Origin: Alphaproteobacteria bacterium
GTDB taxonomy: Bacteria; Pseudomonadota; Alphaproteobacteria; JAAXGF01
NCBI GenBank assembly: GCA_963555825.3
Contig: CAUVXB020000001.1
Span: 800,001 to 864,000, forward strand
DNA: 64,000 nt
Direction of reading: 5' to 3'
The position numbers and the translations under genes are program-made. Below the pieces are notes generated by a model that ran no database searches, was not told the origin of the DNA, and saw only the letters and a program-made list of their open reading frames with translations. Below, one piece after another: positions 55,833 through 64,000 of this stretch (the first letter of the stretch is position 1; the number at the start of each line of letters is the position of its first letter).

Positions 55833-56603
55833 ATGTACGACGACCGCCTCGCCCTGCCCGGCCCGCTGCCCTATTCACCGCTCGATGACCCTGCCGCCGC
55901 GCGCGCCCAGGCGCTGAGCAACACATACGGCCATCTCGATGCGGTCGCGCTGCTCGAGGTCATGATCGGGCGCGAGTTTCCCGGCCGGATCGCGCTGGTC
56001 TCGTCATTCGGCGCCGAGTCGGCGCTGCTCTTGGACCTGGTCGCCGGCATCGACCGCGCCACGCCGGTGATCTTCCTCGACACCGGCAAGCTGTTCCCCG
56101 AGACGCTGGCCTACCGCGATGAATTGGTCGATTGGCTCGGCCTCGGCGACGTTCGCGCCATTCAGCCCCCGGCCGACGTACTCGCGGCGCACGACCCCGG
56201 CGGTGATCTCTGGCGGCGCGATCCGGACGCCTGCTGCGCATTGCGCAAGGTCGCACCGCTGGCCGGGGCGCTGGCCGGGTTCGACGCCTGGATCACCGGG
56301 CGCAAGCGCCACCACGGCGCCGCGCGGGCCACGCTCGACACCATCGAGGCGGTCGACGGGCGCGTTAAGATCAACCCGCTCGCCGATTGGTCGGCCGCGC
56401 GTATCGAGGCCGGGATCGCCGCCCGCGGCTTGCCGCGCCATCCGTTGCAGGACGCTGGCTACGCGTCGATCGGCTGCGTCACCTGCACGCGACCGCTCGA
56501 GCGCGGCGAGGCGGCGCGCGCGGGCCGCTGGGCGGGCCTCGCCAAGACCGAGTGCGGCATCCACCGTGCGCCCAGGGACACACGACCGGATGTGGCGGAC
56601 TGA
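55833..56603 (+). CDS. cysH: (P)APS reductase
   Basis: SSFGAES, LDTGKLFPET, CCALRKV, SIGCVTCT, KTECGIH. Confidence 0.93.
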   Translation: MYDDRLALPGPLPYSPLDDPAAARAQALSNTYGHLDAVALLEVMIGREFPGRIALVSSFGAESALLLDLVAGIDRATPVIFLDTGKLFPETLAYRDELVDWLGLGDVRAIQPPADVLAAHDPGGDLWRRDPDACCALRKVAPLAGALAGFDAWITGRKRHHGAARATLDTIEAVDGRVKINPLADWSAARIEAGIAARGLPRHPLQDAGYASIGCVTCTRPLERGEAARAGRWAGLAKTECGIHRAPRDTRPDVAD

Positions 56604-56870
56604 TCGCGTGGTTGCGGTTGTGGGTAACCTTGGCTGCGATGGCGGACTGGCTCCAGGCGTGTAGCCGCCGCAAGAAACAGGAACTCGGCATCGCCTGAGC
56701 GGCGCGGTTACGCCCCAATAGGTTGATCCCGGCAAGCCATGTCGCGGCATCGCGCCGCGCTTGCACATCAGCATCATAGCCGTCACAATCGCACCGCCGG
56801 ACCGACGCCAGGGCGCCATGTCCGCCCGCCCGATCCGCGCATGCCTCCCAACTGTCGTCGGACCTCGCCC

Positions 56871-57770
56871 ATGCCTCGTCATTCTGCCTGCGCCTACGCG
56901 CTCGCCGCCACGCTCGCGCTCGCCCCCTTGCCGGCGTCGGCGCAGCAAGCCCAACCCGAACCGGGACAGGACCCGGTCGTCGCCACCGTCGCCGGCGACG
57001 CGATTCGCCTTTCCGAGGTCGTCGATTCCAAGTCGCAGCTTCCCCAGCAGTATCAGTCGATGCCGATGGAGGCCATGTTTCCGGCCCTGGTCGAACGGGT
57101 GATCGACATACGGCTGGTCGCCCGGGAAGCGCGCGCCAACGGCATCGCCGACGATCCGGACGTGCGGCGCGAGCTGGCGCAGATCGAAAATCAGATCATC
57201 AGCCAGGTCTTTCTGACGCGCCATATCGACGCGATGATTACCGATGAGGAAGTGCAGGCACGCTACGACGAACACATTGCAGCCCTGCCGCCAGACGAGG
57301 AGATAAGCGCGCGCCATATCCTGCTCGTGACGGAAGAGGACGCGCTGGCGGTCATCGCCAGCCTCGGCGAAGGCGCCGACTTCATCGAGCTCGCCGCCGA
57401 AAAGTCGATCGGCCCCTCGGCCGACCGGGGTGGCGACATCGGCTATTTCGGCCGCGGCAACGTCGTGCCCGAATTCGCCGATGCCGCCTTCGCGCTCGAG
57501 CCCGGACAGACCTCCGAGACACCGGTGCAAAGCGAATTCGGTTGGCACGTCATCAAGGTCGATGACCGACGCGCCGTGGCGCCGCCTTCACTGGAAGAGA
57601 TGCGCGAGCAGTTCGTCACGGAAATCTCGCAACAGCTCATCGCCGAGCTGATCGGCGAGCTGCGCGACGCGGCGGCGATAGAGCGATTCAACATGGACGG
57701 CTCGCCGAAGACCGAGCCCGAACCGGCCGCCGAACCGGAAAGCCAACCCGACGCCGAACCCGCGCCCTAG
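56871..57770 (+). CDS. Parvulin-type peptidyl-prolyl isomerase (PrsA/PpiC-like)
   Basis: Signal peptide, ARHILL, GGDIGYF, PEFA, SEFGWHVIK. Confidence 0.92.
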   Translation: MPRHSACAYALAATLALAPLPASAQQAQPEPGQDPVVATVAGDAIRLSEVVDSKSQLPQQYQSMPMEAMFPALVERVIDIRLVAREARANGIADDPDVRRELAQIENQIISQVFLTRHIDAMITDEEVQARYDEHIAALPPDEEISARHILLVTEEDALAVIASLGEGADFIELAAEKSIGPSADRGGDIGYFGRGNVVPEFADAAFALEPGQTSETPVQSEFGWHVIKVDDRRAVAPPSLEEMREQFVTEISQQLIAELIGELRDAAAIERFNMDGSPKTEPEPAAEPESQPDAEPAP

Positions 57771-57783
57771 CGGCTCACTGCCG

Positions 57784-58980
57784 TCAGACCGCACGCGCCG
57801 CCCGGTTGCGCACCGGGTGGCGGTTGGCGTCCTTGTAGCCGAGCGCGTCCTCGGCAATCAGCACGCGCTGGACGTTGGGCGTGCCCTCGCCGACGTTGAG
57901 CATGTTGACGTAGGCGGTGATCTTCGAAACCGGGTATTCGTCGGCCAACGCGTAGCCGCCATAGATTTCGGCGACAGCCTGCGCCGCCTGCTTGGCGACC
58001 TGGCCGGCGAAATACTTGGCGCGCGACGAGGCGCGGGTCGACGGCGCGCCCCGGTCCATCGTCCATGCCAGGCGCTGCACCATCAACCGCGCTGCCTCGA
58101 CACCCACCGTCATGTCGGCGATCGGCTGCTGGACCATTTGGCGCCGTCCGATCGGCTGGCCGCCGACGACGCGCTCGGCCGCGTAGGCGCAGGCATGGTC
58201 GAGACACGCCTGGGCCAGGCCGACGAGCCGCGCGGAGACCGTCAGCCGACCGTACTCAAGCGCGTTCATGGCAATCTTGAAGCCCTCGCCCTCCGCGCCC
58301 AAGCGGTTCGCCACCGGCACCGCGAAACCGTCGAGGAAGACCGCGCAGCTGCACAGCGACTTCGACAGCCCGGTCATCGGGATCGGTGTCGCCGAGAAGC
58401 CGGGCGCCGCCTTCGGCTCGACGATGAAGGCGGTGATGCCCGCATGGCCGGCATCCGGGTCGGTCTTGGCGAACAGCAGCCCGGTGTCGCAGGCGTCGGC
58501 GAAGGTGATCCACTGCTTGGCGCCGTCGAGCCGGTATGCCTCGCCGTCGCGCCGCGCCCGCGTCTGCATCGCGCCCGCCGGGTCCGAGCCGCCGCCTGGT
58601 TCGCTGAGCGCGAACATGCCGACGCGGCGGCCGGCGATCAGGTCGGGCACGAAGCGTTCGATCTGCGCGTCGCTGCCCCAGTTGTAGATGGTGAACGGGC
58701 AGGTCATCGCCTGCAGGTTCATGGCATAGCCGAACTCGGGCGCCAGCCGGGAAATCTCCTCGGCGACCGTGGCGACGGCGAGGAAGCCCATGGCGCTGCC
58801 GCCGAGGCGCTCGGGAAAGGCGGCGCCGAACAAGCCCGCGGCGCCCATCTTCTCGATGATCGGCCCGGGGAACGCGCCGCGCGCCTCATAGTCGGCCATC
58901 GCCGGCGCGATCTCGGTCTCGACGAAGCGCGCGACGCTGTCGCGGACCTGGGCGATCTCATCGGGCAGAGTGAAGTCCAT
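57784..58980 (-). CDS. Acyl-CoA dehydrogenase
   Basis: ALSEPGGGSD, GAKQWIT, GAEGEGFK, YGGY, EGTPNVQR. Confidence 0.93.
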   Translation of the reverse strand: MDFTLPDEIAQVRDSVARFVETEIAPAMADYEARGAFPGPIIEKMGAAGLFGAAFPERLGGSAMGFLAVATVAEEISRLAPEFGYAMNLQAMTCPFTIYNWGSDAQIERFVPDLIAGRRVGMFALSEPGGGSDPAGAMQTRARRDGEAYRLDGAKQWITFADACDTGLLFAKTDPDAGHAGITAFIVEPKAAPGFSATPIPMTGLSKSLCSCAVFLDGFAVPVANRLGAEGEGFKIAMNALEYGRLTVSARLVGLAQACLDHACAYAAERVVGGQPIGRRQMVQQPIADMTVGVEAARLMVQRLAWTMDRGAPSTRASSRAKYFAGQVAKQAAQAVAEIYGGYALADEYPVSKITAYVNMLNVGEGTPNVQRVLIAEDALGYKDANRHPVRNRAARAV

Positions 58981-59052
58981 CGCGGGGTTCCGGCCGGTTT
59001 TTGCGTCTGGCAAAGCTAGCACAATCCGCGTATACCGCCGTCCGGTTATGTA

Positions 59053-59316
59053 ATACCAAGGACCAGTGATAAAGACCCATAGAGATCGCGTCCGCTTTTC
59101 GCCGGTGAGGCAAGGGAGCCGCGGGCGATGCAGCGCATCGGCTAGGCTTCCTGACGCCCTCCGGCGATAAGCGGACGCGACCCGAAGGGCGGTTTGCCGA
59201 GGCTCTCGGACGTCGTTGCGCCCGTCTTGCGATGCGCTGCATCGCCGCGACGGGCGCGCCTAGCCGAGAACCACGGCAAGCCGTCTCCATGGGTCTTTAT
59301 CACTGTTCCTTGGTAT
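59053..59316 (+). mobile_element. 264-bp structured inverted-repeat element copy D
   Basis: TIR ataccaaggaMcagtgataaagacccatRgaga; core gacccgaagggcgg at 59179; extra 19-bp TIR arm at 59318-59336. Confidence 0.88.
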
Positions 59317-59344
59317 AATACCAAGGAACAGTGATAGGACAGTC

Positions 59345-61018
59345 ATGACGCAGCGTACTAACCTGCGCACCGGCGGCCAGATTTTGGTCGACGCGCTCAA
59401 AATTCACGGCGTCGACATGGCATTCTGCGTGCCCGGCGAAAGCTATCTCGCGGTGCTCGACGCGCTATACGACGCGCAGGGCGACATCCGGCTGATCACC
59501 TGCCGCCACGAGAGCGGCGCGTCATTCATGGCCGAGGCGTACGGCAAGCTGACCGGCCGGCCCGGCATCTGCTTCGTGACCCGGGCTCCGGGTGCCTGCA
59601 ATGCCAGCATCGGCGCGCATACCGCGCTGCAGGACTCATCACCCATGATCATGTTCGTCGGCCAAGTGGCGCGCGACCAACAGGACCGCGAGGCCTTCCA
59701 GGAGGTCGACTATCGGCGTATGTATGGCGAGCTCGCCAAGTGGGTCGGCCAGGTCGAGAACCCGGCGCGGCTGCCGGAATACATCAGCCATGCGTTCCAT
59801 GTCGCGGTCTCGGGCCGGCCCGGGCCGGTCGTGCTCGCGTTGCCCGAGGACATGCTGACCGAGACCGCCGAAACCGCCGACACCGGTCCCTACACGGTCG
59901 TGCGCCCCAACCCCGGCGCCGCCCAGCTCGACGAGATGCGGCGCCTGTTGGCCGATGCCGAGCGGCCGATGATGATCGTCGGTGGTGGCGGCTGGAGCGC
60001 CCGGGCCGCGACCGACATCGTCGGCTTCGCCGAGGCCAACGACATCCCGACCGGCGTCGCGTTCCGCTGCCAGGACCTGTTCGACAACGACCACGCCAAT
60101 TACGCCGGCGACATCGGCATCGGCCTCAACCCGCCGCTCGCCCGGCGCCTGCGCGAGAGTGACCTGCTGCTCGTCGTCGGCGCGCGGCTCGGCGAGATGA
60201 CGTCCCAGGGCTATACCCTGCCCGCGCCGCCCAACGCGCCGCAGACGCTGGTCCATGTCCACGCCGACGCCGGCGAGTTGGGCCGCGTCTACCAGGCCGA
60301 CCTGCCGATCGCCTCGGGCATGGCCGAGTTCGCCGCCGCCGCGCGGGCGCTCGACCCGGTCGACACAGCAGCCCGGCGCGACTGGGCCAAGGCCGCGCGC
60401 GACGACTACCTCGCCGGTCTCGAGCCGGGGCCGACGCCCGGCCCGGTCGACATGGCGCTTATCATCGCCGCGCTCAGCGCGCGCGTGGCGCCCGACGCCA
60501 TCATCACCAACGACGCCGGCAACTTCTCGGGCTGGGCGCAGCGCTTCTACCGCTTCACGCGCTACCGCAGCCAGCTCGGCCCGACCAACGGCGCGATGGG
60601 CTATGGCGTGCCGGCGGCGGTCGCCGCCAAGGCGGCCTGCCCCGACCGGACGGTGATCTGCTTCGTCGGCGACGGCGGCATGCTGATGACCGGCCAGGAG
60701 ATCGCCACCGCCCTGCAGCACGGCATCGCGCCGGTCATCATCGTGGTCAACAACGACATGTACGGCACGATCCGCATGCACCAGGAGCGGGACTACCCGG
60801 CGCGGGTCCATGGCACGGCGCTCGCCAACCCCGACTTCGCGGCGCTGGCCCGGGCCTATGGCGCCCATGGCGAGACGGTCGAGAAGACCGAGGACTTCGC
60901 GCCGGCGCTCGACCGCGCGCTCGCCGCCGGACGCTGCGCCGTCATCGAGCTGCGCATCGACCCCGAGGCGATCACCACGCGCACGACGCTCGGCGCGATC
61001 CGCGAAAAGGCGCTGGCG

Positions 61019-61033
<15 letters not shown>
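59345..61033 (+). CDS. Thiamine-pyrophosphate enzyme (acetolactate synthase large subunit-like)
   Basis: VPGESYL, CRHE, GAMGYG, GDGG..NN. Confidence 0.92.
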
Positions 61034-62470
<1,437 letters not shown>

Positions 62471-62512
62471 GCGGTTGGCCTCCCGGTTGCGTGAGTTTCG
62501 TTGTATCAGCGA

Positions 62513-62805
62513 TCACAGCGCGTCGGCGGTCGCATCGACCTTGCCGCTGCGGATTTGCACGACGTGCGTGAGCTCGGAGACGAAGATCCGGCCGTCGACA
62601 GCACGTTCTTCTTGCGCACCATGCCGCCGTAAAACAACACCAATCGGGGCACGGTCATCATCAGCACGAGCGCCGTGGCGACCAGCATCCACGCCGTATC
62701 CCCGCTGTCGAGCTTCGGCGCATTTGCCTGGGCGAACGCCGGGGTAGCATTGACCAGGGCCGCGGCTATCACGCCATACCGAAGAGACCGCAAAATTTGT
62801 ACCAT
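62513..62805 (-). pseudogene. Deletion remnant: amtB 5' part fused to PII (glnB/glnK) 3' part
   Basis: [35 protein letters not shown] (AmtB N-terminus) abuts DGRIFVS..IRSG..DAL* (PII C-terminus) in another frame. Confidence 0.85.
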
Positions 62806-63171
62806 CTGGGAAGCCTCTTGATTTTCGCCTGCCACGGACGGAAACGAGACGTCGCGGCCAGCGGGCGACACCGCCGCCCGGGCCTACAATTTCCACAACC
62901 GAAACGTCAAACCTGGCCGCAAACGACTATAAAACAGCCGCCTATGCGGCTAACTTCGCGCCGATGCGCCCCCATGGGCGCGCCGACGGCTATCGATCGC
63001 CCCACGCTTAGTTGTTTTTGGCAACGCCCGATTGAAGCATTTCGCGGCAATCTGTTGCGGCATTGTGGCGATTGATACGGATTCGCAAACGTCATTAATC
63101 CCCGAACTATATCCGATCATCGACGGGGCGGTAAAAAGTCGATTCCTCATGAGAGTCGGCTGGATTATAAT

Positions 63172-64000
63172 TGAGTCGGACCCGATTTCCTTGGACACAG
63201 AATTGGCTTAATCGAAGTGTCCAAGGAGGACCGGAACATGACCGACAATTTTGAGAACAAAGTTGCTGTTGATGGGCCTGTGGTAAACGAGGGCGAGCTT
63301 GGCTCGTCCACGTTTTCCCCGGGCCAGGTTTCGCCGGCAGGCCCGCTGGGACTTGGCCAGCGGTGGACGGTGACGCGCAAGCGTGAGGTTGCCCTGCGGC
63401 TTTTGCGTGGCGAGCCGGTGGAACTTTTGTCGCGGCAGTTGGGCGTGGAGATTTTCCGGCTCGAGCAGTGGCGTGAGAAGGCGATCGCCGGGATCGATGC
63501 CTCGCTCAAGGAACGCAAGGGCGATCCGGTGAAGGCGGAACTGGACATCGCCATGAAGCGGATCGGGGAGTTGATCATGCAGGTGGAACTGCTGGAGGCC
63601 AAGACGGAGACGTCCGGCCCTTTGGGGCGGCGGAGGTCGCGGCGATGAGTGCCGCCACCTCTCCCGGCACGGGTTTGGCCTACGGCCTCCAGCGGGTCTG
63701 TGCGGCCTGGGGTTTTGCCCGTTCCTCGTTCTACGCCATGAAATCCCGGCAGCAGGCCACCGCTGAGCGCCCACCAGCAAAGCGCCGGGGACCGAAGCCC
63801 TCGATCTCGGACGAGGCTCTGCTGGTGGCCATCGAGGCCGACCTGGAGGCATCCCCCTGGGAGGGCGAGGGACACCGCAAGGTCTGGGCTCGGCTTCGGG
63901 TCTGTCGTGGCATCCGTGTTTCCCGCAAGCGGGGGCTCCGGGTGATGCGCGAGAACAACCTGCTCTCGCCCCATCGCTGCCGCCGCCGTGGCGGAAATCC
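63172..64000 (+). mobile_element. IS3-type insertion sequence copy 2 (runs off window)
   Basis: Appears identical to copy 1 from 43318 onward (same OrfA protein, offset 19854 bp). Confidence 0.93.

Noticed and set aside
62806-63171. Sigma54 promoter and NtrC sites upstream of the amtB remnant
   Set aside because: Expected from context, but I found no correctly spaced GG-N10-GC or GC-N11-GC match that I could defend.

Overview
High-GC alphaproteobacterial (Rhodospirillales-like) chromosome segment. Bases 1-36 kb are conserved core genes: an M23 peptidase, HAD, dat, trkH-trkA, ntrX-ntrY-ntrC-ntrB-dusB, ispDF-pgpA-cinA, lipA-lpdA-pdhCBA, ftsB-eno-kdsA-pyrG-secG-tpiA and ppiD-trpE. From 36 kb onward is an accessory, IS-rich zone: IS630, IS1595, two identical IS3-type copies and IS1182, two broken Sel1-repeat genes, a truncated secreted caspase-family protein, a DddP-like M24/MDR/TetR block, a SAM-II riboswitch-cysH unit, glnA and an amtB-PII deletion remnant. 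The main unexplained signal is a family of five ~265-270 bp non-coding elements (13790, 20849, 21040 nested, 29363, 59053). They share a symmetric four-way-junction architecture, a central GACCCG(C/A)AGGGCG motif at the midpoint and conserved arm motifs, while the stems and terminal inverted repeats come in four unrelated but still pairing sequences. Also notable are a small CNPC-repeat lipoprotein, a 10-bp deletion in enolase, and short degenerate palindromes bracketing cargo genes. All calls were made by eye; no database search was run.
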